Source: a bacterium
GTDB taxonomy: Bacteria; Bacillota_I; Bacilli_A; RF39; UBA660
Direction: 5' to 3'
NCBI GenBank assembly: GCA_029100545.1
Contig: JAQXPH010000031.1
Span: forward strand, 6,267 to 70,266
DNA: 64,000 bases
Shown here: positions 9,657 through 19,433 of the stretch, one piece after another
How the letters are laid out: every line of letters starts with the position of its first letter
Position numbering within the stretch: the first letter of the stretch is position 1
Notes under the pieces: generated by a model
Databases searched by the model: none
The model's input: the letters and a program-made list of their open reading frames with translations, nothing else
Told to the model about the DNA's origin: nothing
Position numbers and translations under genes: made by a program

Positions 9657-10781
9657 ATGAAAAATGCTATATATGAAAATATGAGAAAACATAATGAAAA
9701 TTTAAGTAAATATGCTTGTAAAGATGAAGATGCAATTAGATTTAATGAAGAAAATGATAATGATATGCGTACACCTTTTTTTCGTGATGTTGATCGAATT
9801 ATCTATTCACTTTCTTATTTAAGATATATGGATAAAACCCAAGTATTTACAACTAAACAAAATGATCATATTCAAAAAAGAATGATACATGTGCAATATG
9901 TTTCTAAAATCGCTAGAACTATAGGTAGAGCTCTTAATTTAAATGAAGATTTAATCGAGGCTGCAGCACTTGGCCATGATCTTGGCCACACGCCTTTTGG
10001 TCATGTTGGTGAAAGAATTCTTAATAAAATATCTTTAGAAAATAATGAGGGATACTTTTTCCATAATTTACATAGTGTAAGAACTTTAATGAATATTGAA
10101 AATTTTGGTAATGGTAATAATATTTCTGTTCAAGTTTTAGATGCAATAATGTGTCATAATGGTGAACTTGTTTCTAATGAATATTATCCAAAATTAAAAA
10201 CTAAAGAAGATTTTCTAAATGAGTATAATGATAGCCTAAAATCTTCAGAAGTAGCTAAATATTTAAGACCTATGACTCTTGAAGGATGCGTTGTAAGAAT
10301 TAGTGATATTATTGCTTATTTAGGTCGTGATATTGAAGATGGTGTAAGAATGAATTTAATTTCATTTGATAAAATTCCTAAAGAAATAGTAAATGTTCTT
10401 GGTAAAAATAATCGTGAAATTGTAAATACAATAACAACAGATATTATTAATGAAAGCCTTGATAAAAACTATATAAAAATGAGTGATAATGTATTTAATG
10501 CTATTAAAAAATTAAAAGATTTTAATTATGAAAATATATATTCAAAAGCATATTCAACTGAAGAACTTAACAAAATTGAAAATATGTTTAGAACTTTATT
10601 TAAATCATACTTAAATGATTTAAAAACAAATAATAGAAAAAGCACAATATTTACTTCTTATCTAAATAATATGGATGAAATTTATTTACAAAATACTTTA
10701 GAAAGAATAGTAATTGATTATATAGCAGGTATGACTGATGATTATTTTATCAGCCAATATAATTTAATTATAAATAAATAA
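9657..10781 (+). CDS. HD-domain phosphohydrolase, dGTPase-like
   Basis: The HD motif context is ALGHDLGHTPFGHVGE, and the C-terminus carries DYIAGMTDDY. Confidence 0.7.
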   Translation: MKNAIYENMRKHNENLSKYACKDEDAIRFNEENDNDMRTPFFRDVDRIIYSLSYLRYMDKTQVFTTKQNDHIQKRMIHVQYVSKIARTIGRALNLNEDLIEAAALGHDLGHTPFGHVGERILNKISLENNEGYFFHNLHSVRTLMNIENFGNGNNISVQVLDAIMCHNGELVSNEYYPKLKTKEDFLNEYNDSLKSSEVAKYLRPMTLEGCVVRISDIIAYLGRDIEDGVRMNLISFDKIPKEIVNVLGKNNREIVNTITTDIINESLDKNYIKMSDNVFNAIKKLKDFNYENIYSKAYSTEELNKIENMFRTLFKSYLNDLKTNNRKSTIFTSYLNNMDEIYLQNTLERIVIDYIAGMTDDYFISQYNLIINK

Positions 10782-10813
10782 AAATTGATAATAATAATTA
10801 ATAAAGGAGAATT

Positions 10814-12094
10814 ATGAAATATCAAACATTTGACCATAAATCATATAAAATTCATACAATTAAAACTGATAGATTTAAAACATCAAGAATTGAGGTGTTT
10901 TTTCGCCAAGAAGTAATTAAAGAAAAACTACCAACACTTTCTTTTCTCGCAGGTCTTTTATCATATTCCTCAAAAAAATATAGTACAAATAGATTACTTG
11001 CAATTGAAAAAGAAAATTTATATAAATGTTTTTATAATGCTTATTTTACTAAAGTTGGAAAAGTTTCCTCTATGATATTTTCATTAGATTTTATTAATCC
11101 TGATTTAATAAATGAAAAAGATTATTTAGATAAATTAATTAAATTTTTATTTGAAATGATTTTAAAACCAAATGTAAAAAATAATGAATTTGATTTAACC
11201 TCATTTGAAAATATTAAAAATGATATACTTTTAGATATTGAAAGTATTAATGAAAGTCCTAGTAAACTTGCAATAAACAATGCTTTAAATGTTTTAGATA
11301 AAGATTCAATAAGTTCTTATTCAGTTTTAGGAACTAAAGAAGATATTGAAAAAATAACTAGAGAAAGTGTATATAATGAATATTTAAATCTTATAAATAA
11401 TTCTATTATAGATATTTTTATAATTGGTAATTTAGATATGAATAAAACTATTTCTTTAATAAAAGATAATTTTCATATTAATAGAATTAATTCATTTAAT
11501 TTTAATTATTATATTGATAATATAACAAGAAAAAAAGCAATTATAAAAAGTGATGAATCAAGTTTTAATCAATCTCAACTTACAATACTTTATAATTTAA
11601 TTAATTTAACTGATGAAGAAAAAAATGTTACATTTATTGTATTTAATTATATTTTAGGTAGTGGCGGTTTAAATAGTAAATTATATTCATATTTAAGAGA
11701 AAAAAATGGTTTATGTTATAGAGTGTCTAGTATGTTTTTTAAAGCAGATAATTTATTATGTATTACTTTATCTTTGAAAAAAGAAAATATTTCTAAAGCA
11801 ATAAAATTATGTAATAAAGCTCTTGATGAAATGAAAAAAGGTATTTTTTCTGAAGAAGATATAACTGATGCTAAAAATAATTTATTGTTATCACTTAATA
11901 TGAGTAAAAATAATCAAATGGGTATTCTTAATAATTTTGAATCTAAAATATTTACAAATGGTTTAAGTATAGATGAAAAAATTAATAAATTAGAAAAAAT
12001 TACCAAAAAAGATATCATAACAGTTGCTAATAAAATTAAAATAAATACTATATATAGTTTATGTGAGGAAATAAATGAAAAAAATACAAATTGA
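10814..12094 (+). CDS. M16-family peptidase-like protein, probably the non-catalytic partner
   Basis: Its length, its position paired with the following M16 gene and the absence of an HxxEH motif support this call. Confidence 0.55.
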   Translation: MKYQTFDHKSYKIHTIKTDRFKTSRIEVFFRQEVIKEKLPTLSFLAGLLSYSSKKYSTNRLLAIEKENLYKCFYNAYFTKVGKVSSMIFSLDFINPDLINEKDYLDKLIKFLFEMILKPNVKNNEFDLTSFENIKNDILLDIESINESPSKLAINNALNVLDKDSISSYSVLGTKEDIEKITRESVYNEYLNLINNSIIDIFIIGNLDMNKTISLIKDNFHINRINSFNFNYYIDNITRKKAIIKSDESSFNQSQLTILYNLINLTDEEKNVTFIVFNYILGSGGLNSKLYSYLREKNGLCYRVSSMFFKADNLLCITLSLKKENISKAIKLCNKALDEMKKGIFSEEDITDAKNNLLLSLNMSKNNQMGILNNFESKIFTNGLSIDEKINKLEKITKKDIITVANKIKINTIYSLCEEINEKNTN

Positions 12095-13343
12095 AAGAAT
12101 AAATGAAATAGTTTATGAACATGAGCTTTCTAATGGCTTTAAAATATATATATGGCCTTATAAAATGGTTAGTGATATTTATTTAACACTTACTATTAAA
12201 TATGGAAGTATTGATACTACTTTTGAACTAAATAATAAAAAAGTTACTGTTCCAAATGGAATGGCTCATTTTTTAGAACATATTAAATTTAATGAAGAAG
12301 GTACTACAGCTCATGAATATTTTTATAAATTAGGTAGTTATACAAATGCCTATACAACTTTTGATCATACTTCTTATGAAGTAATGTGTAATAATAATGT
12401 AAAAGATAATTTAAATCATTTATTATATTTTGTAACAAATAATTATTTTACAAAAGAACTTATTAATAAAGAAAAACCAATTATTATTGAAGAAACTAAA
12501 ATGACAAAAGATAATCCATATAATGAGGGATATTTTGAACTTCTTAACTCTTTATTTAATCAAGATAATCATAAAAATTTAGTTACTGGTGAAGAAGATG
12601 ATATTAAAAATATTACTATTGAAGATGCTCAAAATGTATTCGAGGCTTTTTACACCCCAAATAATATGTTTTTAACAGTAACTGGTAATGTAAACCCTTA
12701 TGAAATAATTAAAATATGTGAAGAGTTTTTTGAAAATAGTAATAATAATGAAGTAAATGTAAAGAAAATAAATCCTAAAGAAAATAAAAAAGTTAATAAA
12801 AAAGAAAGTATAATTTATACAAACGTTACCAAAGAAAAATTATTTTATGGGGTAAAAATAGAACGAAAAAAATTAAAACAATATGATGATTTACATTTAA
12901 GAGTTTATCTTAATATAATGCTTGATATTAATTTTGGCCAAACAAGTACTTTTAATGAACATATAATTAATAATCATTTAGCAGATGATCTTTCATATAC
13001 AGTAATGGTTAATAAAGATTATGCAATTTTAATTTTTGAATCATCTTCATCTTATCCAAAAGAAATGATTAAATTATTAAATGAAAAACTTGATAATTTA
13101 GAATTTTCAAAAGATGATTTTGAAAGAAAAAATAGGGTATATATAGCCTCAGGAATACTAGGATATGAAGATGCATTTGATGTAAATAATGAAATAAGAA
13201 ATGATATAATAAGATATAATAAAATAATTAATAATATTCCTTCAATATTTGAAAATTTAAAAATAAGTGATGGAAAATTTATAGTAAATAATATTGGTAA
13301 AGAAAGATGCTATGTTATTTTAAAACCCAAAAAGAAAGAATAA
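12075..13343 (+). CDS. M16-family zinc peptidase (pitrilysin-like)
   Basis: The inverted zinc motif HxxEH is present (GMAHFLEHIKFNEEG). The gene overlaps the upstream M16-like gene. Confidence 0.7.
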   Translation: MKKIQIERINEIVYEHELSNGFKIYIWPYKMVSDIYLTLTIKYGSIDTTFELNNKKVTVPNGMAHFLEHIKFNEEGTTAHEYFYKLGSYTNAYTTFDHTSYEVMCNNNVKDNLNHLLYFVTNNYFTKELINKEKPIIIEETKMTKDNPYNEGYFELLNSLFNQDNHKNLVTGEEDDIKNITIEDAQNVFEAFYTPNNMFLTVTGNVNPYEIIKICEEFFENSNNNEVNVKKINPKENKKVNKKESIIYTNVTKEKLFYGVKIERKKLKQYDDLHLRVYLNIMLDINFGQTSTFNEHIINNHLADDLSYTVMVNKDYAILIFESSSSYPKEMIKLLNEKLDNLEFSKDDFERKNRVYIASGILGYEDAFDVNNEIRNDIIRYNKIINNIPSIFENLKISDGKFIVNNIGKERCYVILKPKKKE

Positions 13344-13411
13344 TTATAATTTTTTCTTTTTTTAATGACAATTTTTTAATTCTATGGTATTCTTTTATTA
13401 TAGAAGGGTAG

Positions 13412-15079
13412 TTGAAAATGAATAGTAGTAATGATCAAAATTTAAATAATTCAAATGTATCACCTGTTGAACAAGCACAAACTCCAATAATTGAGATGCC
13501 TCAAATGCCTGAAGTTAATCAGACTATTGAAGAACCAGTAGCGCCAGTAGAAACTCCAATTGTTGAAGAACATACTGAACCAGTTCAAACTCCTGTAGTT
13601 GAAGCGCCTGTTGAACCAATGCAACCTCCAGTTGTTGAAACGCCTGCTGAGCCAGTTCAAACTCCTGTTGCTTCATCACCAGAAGAACCAGTTAATCCAA
13701 CTAGTGAACCTAATGATAGTATTAATAATCAAAACAATGCATTTGATAATTCAGGTGCTGTCGAATTTGTAAAGAAAAAAAAGCCTAAGAAAGGATTTTT
13801 AATAATACTTATTTTAATTATTATAATTATTGGTATTTCTTGTTTAATTATTTATGTTCGTAACGAATATAATGCTAAAAAATTTTTAGATAGTATTAAT
13901 CATAATATTAATCTATGGATAGATAATAATTTAAATTTGACTAGTAATCAACGCGATTATATAGAAAATTTTTTAGAATATGACATATTAAGTAATGGTA
14001 ATTTTGAATTAAATATGGATGATACAAATATTGTTTTGAATTATTCTAATAGTCTAGCTTTAAATAATAAATATGAAAATTTATATTTGGATTTAAAATT
14101 AAATGAAGAAAAATTAATTAATGGAAATTTGATTTTAGACAAAAATAATATTTATATTGATAGCAAAGATTTATATGAAAATGTTTTATATCAATATTTA
14201 GAAATAGATATATTTAATTATATTATAGAATATATTAATGAAAATAAAGAAACAATTAATATTGATGATTTTAAAATGATTATTACTAATTTAATTAATT
14301 ATTCAAATCAATCATTAAAAGAAGCTGAATTTAAGACTTCTTATAAAGGATTAAATGTTGAATATATATATAATATTAATAGTGATAACATTTCTAAAAT
14401 AAAGGAAAAATTTACTAATCTTATAAAATCAGATGATTTAATAATGAAATATGTTGATGAATATTCGTTGGAAAGTATTTTTGATGATATAAATAGTATT
14501 GAAATAGAAGATTTTTCTTTAACATTAAATATAAATATGTTTAATAAAAAACTAAATAGTTTTATTTTAAAATATAATGATAATACTATTACAGGTAATA
14601 GAAATAAAGATGAATTTATTATTTTAAATAATGATTATAAATATATTATTAATAAAATAGATCAAACTTATAATATAGATTATTATGAAAAAGATGAATT
14701 TATTGTGTCTTTTAAAATTAAAATGGTAACTAATGATAATAATTTTAATCTTGATATAAATGCTGAAGATGGAAACAACAAAATGAATGTCATTATTGAA
14801 TATAAATTAGATGGTAATAAAAATATTTTTAATTATAAATTAAATGGTGAAATTGTAAATGAAGAAGATGAAAATAAAAAATCAAATTTAAACATTATAT
14901 TTTCTTCAGATATTGAATATGGTAAAAATCTAGTTAATAAAGAAAATATTACTAATGCAGTAAATATTAATGATTTATCTTATAATGATCTTATGAATAT
15001 TAGAGAAAAAATAAAAAATATTATTAAAAAATTTACTATTCTTCCAGACATATACAAAAAAAAACAATATTATTATTAA
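13412..15079 (+). CDS. hypothetical membrane-anchored protein with a Pro/Val/Glu-rich N-terminal repeat region
   Basis: The long ORF has imperfect EPVxTPVVE repeats, then a TM segment, then an Asn/Ile-rich domain. ATG at 13418 is an alternative start. Confidence 0.55.
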   Translation: MKMNSSNDQNLNNSNVSPVEQAQTPIIEMPQMPEVNQTIEEPVAPVETPIVEEHTEPVQTPVVEAPVEPMQPPVVETPAEPVQTPVASSPEEPVNPTSEPNDSINNQNNAFDNSGAVEFVKKKKPKKGFLIILILIIIIIGISCLIIYVRNEYNAKKFLDSINHNINLWIDNNLNLTSNQRDYIENFLEYDILSNGNFELNMDDTNIVLNYSNSLALNNKYENLYLDLKLNEEKLINGNLILDKNNIYIDSKDLYENVLYQYLEIDIFNYIIEYINENKETINIDDFKMIITNLINYSNQSLKEAEFKTSYKGLNVEYIYNINSDNISKIKEKFTNLIKSDDLIMKYVDEYSLESIFDDINSIEIEDFSLTLNINMFNKKLNSFILKYNDNTITGNRNKDEFIILNNDYKYIINKIDQTYNIDYYEKDEFIVSFKIKMVTNDNNFNLDINAEDGNNKMNVIIEYKLDGNKNIFNYKLNGEIVNEEDENKKSNLNIIFSSDIEYGKNLVNKENITNAVNINDLSYNDLMNIREKIKNIIKKFTILPDIYKKKQYYY

Positions 15080-15105
15080 AGATATTCCATATAATACATA
15101 TTAAT

Positions 15106-15134
15106 AAAAAAACATCTTTAAAAGATGTTTTTTT
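15106..15134. terminator. bidirectional intrinsic terminator between convergent genes
   Basis: The stem acatctt/aagatgt is flanked by an A-run and a T-run. Confidence 0.6.
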
Positions 15135-15143
15135 GATAAGTTA

Positions 15144-15746
15144 TTATCTATTATAGAATTCAACAATTAATTGTTCATTAATTTCTTGATTTAGTTCACT
15201 TCTATCTGGAATTCTTACATATTTTCCAGTAAGTTTTTTATTATCAAATTCTACATAAGCTGGAGTAGAAATATTAAGTTCAATAGTTTCTTTAATACCA
15301 GCATGGTCTAAACTATTTTCTTTAACTGAAATAATATCTCCAGGTTTACAAGTATATGATGGAATATCTACTTTTATACCATTTACTAAAATATGTCCAT
15401 GGTTAACAATTTGTCTAGCACTTCTTCTTGTTCTAGCAAGACCCATACGATAAACTAAATTATCAATTCTACTTTCAAGAAGTACTAGTAAATTTTCACC
15501 AGCAATTCCGTGCATTTTTGAAGCTTTTTCAAATACTTTTCTAAATTGTTTTTCAGTAAGTCCATACATAGTTCTAACTTTTTGTTTTTCTTGAAGTTGA
15601 ACTCCATATTCACTTAATTTTCTTTTTTTGTCTTTTCCATGTGCACCAGGGGCATATGGTCTTTTAGCAAGCTCCTTACCAGTTTCTAGTGTTGAAAAGC
15701 CATATCTTCTTGATTTTTTATATGTAGATCCTGTATATCTTGACAT
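15144..15746 (-). CDS. rpsD: 30S ribosomal protein S4
   Basis: The N-terminus is [16 protein letters not shown] and an S4 RNA-binding domain is present ([31 protein letters not shown]). Confidence 0.95.
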   Translation of the reverse strand: MSRYTGSTYKKSRRYGFSTLETGKELAKRPYAPGAHGKDKKRKLSEYGVQLQEKQKVRTMYGLTEKQFRKVFEKASKMHGIAGENLLVLLESRIDNLVYRMGLARTRRSARQIVNHGHILVNGIKVDIPSYTCKPGDIISVKENSLDHAGIKETIELNISTPAYVEFDNKKLTGKYVRIPDRSELNQEINEQLIVEFYNR

Positions 15747-15900
15747 AATAAATCCTCCTTTCTAAATATTACAATAAAAAGATTAAGTTATTATTTTTTA
15801 TAGGGAGTTTACATTAATTTCATCTTAGGCAGAAGATTACTTTATTTTTGAGTAAACACATTATAAATATTAATAACACTGCCTTTTTCTTGCAATTAAT

Positions 15901-15928
15901 ATTATACTATTTTTATCATTGATGTCAA
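15901..15928 (-). promoter_or_regulatory. sigma-A type promoter upstream of rpsD
   Basis: The minus strand reads TTGACA-16 nt-TATAAT, with both hexamers matching consensus. It lies about 150 nt upstream of the rpsD start. Confidence 0.6.
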
Positions 15929-16001
15929 GGTATAAGCGTGTTATAATTTATTCGAAGGAATTATTATTTTTTAAATTTGTTATATTTTTATAGTAAATTT
16001 T

Positions 16002-16079
<78 letters not shown>

Positions 16080-16087
16080 ATGGTATT

Positions 16088-16112
16088 AAAGACTTGTCAA
16101 AAAGTCTTTTTT
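16088..16112 (+). terminator. intrinsic terminator after tRNA-Arg
   Basis: The stem aaagactt/aagtcttt is followed by a T-run. Confidence 0.6.
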
Positions 16113-16125
16113 ATGTTATTATGAA

Positions 16126-16237
16126 TATGTCAAGGAAACTTGCATAAAATAAAAAGGAATACTTAACATTGCAAAGTTGAGTACTCACCAATTGGTTTGC
16201 ACTTAATCTACGTAATTTGTAAATTAAGTGCTTTTTT
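16126..16237 (+). ncRNA. candidate structured small RNA, copy A
   Basis: An extended -10-like TGtTATTAT lies just upstream. The 5' hairpin is CAAG-GAAA-CTTG, followed by an A-rich linker. A second hairpin (tacttaac/gttgagta) comes next, then ACCAATT and a terminator (gcacttaat/attaagtgc plus T-run). It is a paralogue of copy B. Confidence 0.4.
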
Positions 16238-16533
16238 CTTATATTGTTTTACTATTTTATTAAAAATAAAAAGTAAGGCAATGAGTAAGAAGATAAATGA
16301 TGATTAAAGATAGAATTAAAAAATACTTCATATACACAACTATCAGCCTTTTTCCTTATAGAAGTTGGCAAGCACTTAATAATTAAGTTTTCAAATATAA
16401 ATTATAATATAGAAATATTTATAATTGATTTGAATTAAATAAGTATTAACTTTTAATCTAAAATATACATAATTATATTTAAAATAAATTATATGTGGGT
16501 ATTGTAAAAAAATACGATTTGTGCTATGATGTA

Positions 16534-16654
16534 TATGTCAAGGAAAACTTGAATATAATAAAAAAGGGGAAACATTCAGTTTTGGACGTTGAATGTCTAC
16601 CCAATTATAAAATTGTGCGACATTTAAGTCATAGACTTAAGTGTCATTTTTTTA
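16534..16654 (+). ncRNA. candidate structured small RNA, copy B
   Basis: An extended -10-like TGcTATGAT lies just upstream. It shares the 5' end TATGTCAAGGAAAACTTG with copy A. Its second hairpin (acattcag/ttgaatgt) differs from copy A by compensatory changes. The terminator is gacatttaagtc/gacttaagtgtc plus a T-run. Confidence 0.4.
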
Positions 16655-16736
16655 TTACTGCTACCAATAAAGATAGGAGCGATAAAATGATAGCAATGTA
16701 TCTAAGAACTTTTATAATAAAAATCCTTTTTTTCAT
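16644..16736 (-). CDS. possible 30-aa hydrophobic peptide (MKKRIFIIKVLRYIAIILSLLSLLVAVIKK), convergent with sRNA-like copy B
   Basis: An AAGGAGG RBS lies about 10 nt upstream of the ATG. A TTGTTT-17-TATAAT promoter-like pair lies upstream on the minus strand (about 16807-16835). The stop codon falls inside the terminator stem of copy B. Confidence 0.3.
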   Translation of the reverse strand: MKKRIFIIKVLRYIAIILSLLSLLVAVIKK

Positions 16737-17030
16737 TATTATCAAACCTCCTTTCTTTTACAAGATTAGAGGTAGACACTCAACAACTGATGTTTCCTGA
16801 AAATAATTATACTACTTGTCTAAAACTTAAACAAGTAAGCAGATTGAAAAAAAGTGATAAAATAATTTGCTAATGAATTTTGGGATGGAACTATTAAGTT
16901 TAATAAGTTAGAATTAAAGTTGAAATATATCAGGTGATGAATCAATATCTAATATAGAATAAAAATAATATTATTTTACTTTGTGTGTCAAAATTTATAT
17001 TTTATGGTATACTAAAAATATAGGTGTGAT

Positions 17031-19346
17031 ATGAAAAGTAAATATAAGGGGTTAACTTTAGAAGAAGTTAATGAAAGAATAAATAAAAATTTAATTAACA
17101 ATAATGAAGAACCTCAAACTAAAACAATTAAAGAAATAATTAAAGGCAATGTATTTACATATTTTAATTTTTTAAATATATTTTTGGGATTTTTAGTCAT
17201 ATTAAGTGGCATTGTATCTGGTAATATTTTTAACTCATTAAAAAATTGTTTATTTATGGGTGTAATATTTACTAATACTATAATAAGTACTGTTGAAGAA
17301 ATACTTGCTAAAAAAACAATTGATAAATTAAATGTACTATCTAGTGCTAAAATTGATGTAATAAGAAATGAAAATATTATTAAACTATCTAAAGAAGAAA
17401 TAGTACTTGATGATATCTGTATATATTCTATTGGAAATCAAGTAGTAGCAGATTCAATTCTTTTAGAAGGCAATGTTGAAGTAAATGAATCTTTTATTAC
17501 TGGTGAAGAAAAAATTGTTACTAAAAATAAAGGTGATGAAATTATAAGTGGTTCTTTTATTGTAAGTGGAAAAGCTTATGTAAAAGTTAAAAATGTTGGT
17601 GCAAATAATTATGTTTCTAAAATAACTAGAGAAACTAAATATATTAAAAAAACAAATTCAGTTATTTATAATTCCTTTGAAAAAATGCTTAAGATTTTAA
17701 GTGCTTTACTTATTCCAATAGGTATATTATTTTTTATAAGTCAGTATGGCATAACTAAAAGTATTTCAGAATCACTTTTAAATACAGTTGGGGCATTAAT
17801 TGGAATGATTCCTGAAGGCTTAGTACTTCTTACTAGTTCTGCGATGGCAGTAAGTGTTATAAGATTAAAAAAATATCATATCTTAGTTCAAGATTTATAT
17901 TCTATTGAAAATCTTGCTAGAGTAGATGTATTATGTCTTGATAAAACAGGTACAATTACTGAAGGAATTATGGAAGTAAAAAAAGTTTTACCTTATAAAA
18001 ATTATTCAGAAGAAAAAATTTTAAAAATACTTAAAAATTATTGTAATGCTCTTGATGATCCATCTCCTACATTTAAAGCAATTGAAAGTTTTGCAGGCAA
18101 AGAAGAAGTTTTTAAAGTTAAGGATATTTTACATTTTTCAAGTATAAGAAAATATAGTGGAGTTAATTTTGAAGAAGGTTGTTATTTACTAGGTAGTCCA
18201 GATAATATTTCTAATAAAAAATATGATTTTTTAAAGGAATATGAAGAAGACTTTAGAATAATTATGCTTGCTAAAACAAATAATTTAAAAGATTATACCT
18301 CTGTTACTCCTCTTGGTTTTATATTAATGCAAGATAAAATTAAGAAAAATGCAAGTGAAACTTTAAATTATTTAAAAGATGAAGGAATAGATATTAAAAT
18401 TATAAGCGGTGATAATCCAATAACTGTTTCAAAAATTGCTAAAAGAGCAGGTATAAATGATATTAAAGCTATTGATATGACAAATATAATAGATGGAGAT
18501 ATTCCAAATATTATAAATGAATATAATATTTTTGGTAGAGTTAAACCTAGTCAAAAAAAAGAAATAATTAAATGTTTAAAAAAACAAAATCATTTTGTTG
18601 CAATGACTGGTGATGGAGTAAATGACGCTCTTGCTTTAAAAGAGGCAGATTGTAGTATAGCTATGGCAAATGGCTCAGATGCTGCGAAAAATATAAGTCA
18701 ATTTGTTTTATTAGATTCCTCTATAGATAATTTACCTAAAATTTTAAAAGAAGGAAGAAGAAGCATTAATAATATTGAAAGAAGTTCATCGCTTCTTTTA
18801 AATAAAACTATATTTACAATAATACTTATATTAATTTGTTTAATATTTAATACAGAATATTTTTTTATACCAATTCACTTAACTTTAATTACAATGTTTA
18901 CAATAGGTATTCCATCATTTATTTTAGCACTTGAACCTAATAATGATCTTGTTAAAGGAAATTTCTTATTAAAAGTATTTTTAAAAAGTTTACCAAGTGC
19001 ATTAACTGTAGTTTTTAATGTAGTTATTATAAGAATGTTTCAAGTTCAATTTAATTTAGATATGGGTTTATGTTCAACTCTTACAGTATTTTTAACTGCA
19101 ATAACAGGTTTCATTTATTTAAATTATATTTGTAAACCATATAATTTATTAAGAGGAGTAATGATGTGTATATTATTTTTAACTTTTGAATATTGTGCAT
19201 TATTTCAATATAAATTTTTTAATATAAGTGAAATAAATAAAAATACTATTTTAATATTTATTGTATTATTTATTTGCAGTATTTATATTTTTGATAAATT
19301 AAAAAATATTTCAAATTATATACTAAAGAAAACTAATAATATTTAA
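17031..19346 (+). CDS. cation-translocating P-type ATPase
   Basis: The phosphorylation motif is CLDKTGTITEG and the hinge motif is MTGDGVNDALALKEADCSIAM. There are multiple TM segments. Confidence 0.85.
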   Translation: MKSKYKGLTLEEVNERINKNLINNNEEPQTKTIKEIIKGNVFTYFNFLNIFLGFLVILSGIVSGNIFNSLKNCLFMGVIFTNTIISTVEEILAKKTIDKLNVLSSAKIDVIRNENIIKLSKEEIVLDDICIYSIGNQVVADSILLEGNVEVNESFITGEEKIVTKNKGDEIISGSFIVSGKAYVKVKNVGANNYVSKITRETKYIKKTNSVIYNSFEKMLKILSALLIPIGILFFISQYGITKSISESLLNTVGALIGMIPEGLVLLTSSAMAVSVIRLKKYHILVQDLYSIENLARVDVLCLDKTGTITEGIMEVKKVLPYKNYSEEKILKILKNYCNALDDPSPTFKAIESFAGKEEVFKVKDILHFSSIRKYSGVNFEEGCYLLGSPDNISNKKYDFLKEYEEDFRIIMLAKTNNLKDYTSVTPLGFILMQDKIKKNASETLNYLKDEGIDIKIISGDNPITVSKIAKRAGINDIKAIDMTNIIDGDIPNIINEYNIFGRVKPSQKKEIIKCLKKQNHFVAMTGDGVNDALALKEADCSIAMANGSDAAKNISQFVLLDSSIDNLPKILKEGRRSINNIERSSSLLLNKTIFTIILILICLIFNTEYFFIPIHLTLITMFTIGIPSFILALEPNNDLVKGNFLLKVFLKSLPSALTVVFNVVIIRMFQVQFNLDMGLCSTLTVFLTAITGFIYLNYICKPYNLLRGVMMCILFLTFEYCALFQYKFFNISEINKNTILIFIVLFICSIYIFDKLKNISNYILKKTNNI

Positions 19347-19374
19347 GAAGAATTTATATTTCTTCTTATTTTTT
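19345..19374 (+). terminator. intrinsic terminator after the P-type ATPase gene
   Basis: The stem aagaagaa/ttcttctt is followed by a T-run. Confidence 0.6.
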
Positions 19375-19433
19375 AAAATTTGACATATTTTAAATAAAAC
19401 TTTATAATTAAAGTGATTAAGGGGGAGTATTTA

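Noticed and set aside
13520-13690. Imperfect tandem repeats encoding EPVxTPVVE units, as a possible variable-number repeat or contingency locus
   Set aside because: The repeats are imperfect at the nucleotide level and lie in-frame within a long ORF. They look like an ordinary Pro-rich linker, and nothing suggests slippage-driven phase variation.
16495-16800. 101-aa plus-strand ORF in the tRNA-ATPase intergenic region
   Set aside because: It starts at GTG with no RBS, runs straight through a strong intrinsic terminator (16619-16654), and its peptide looks like translated AT-rich non-coding DNA.
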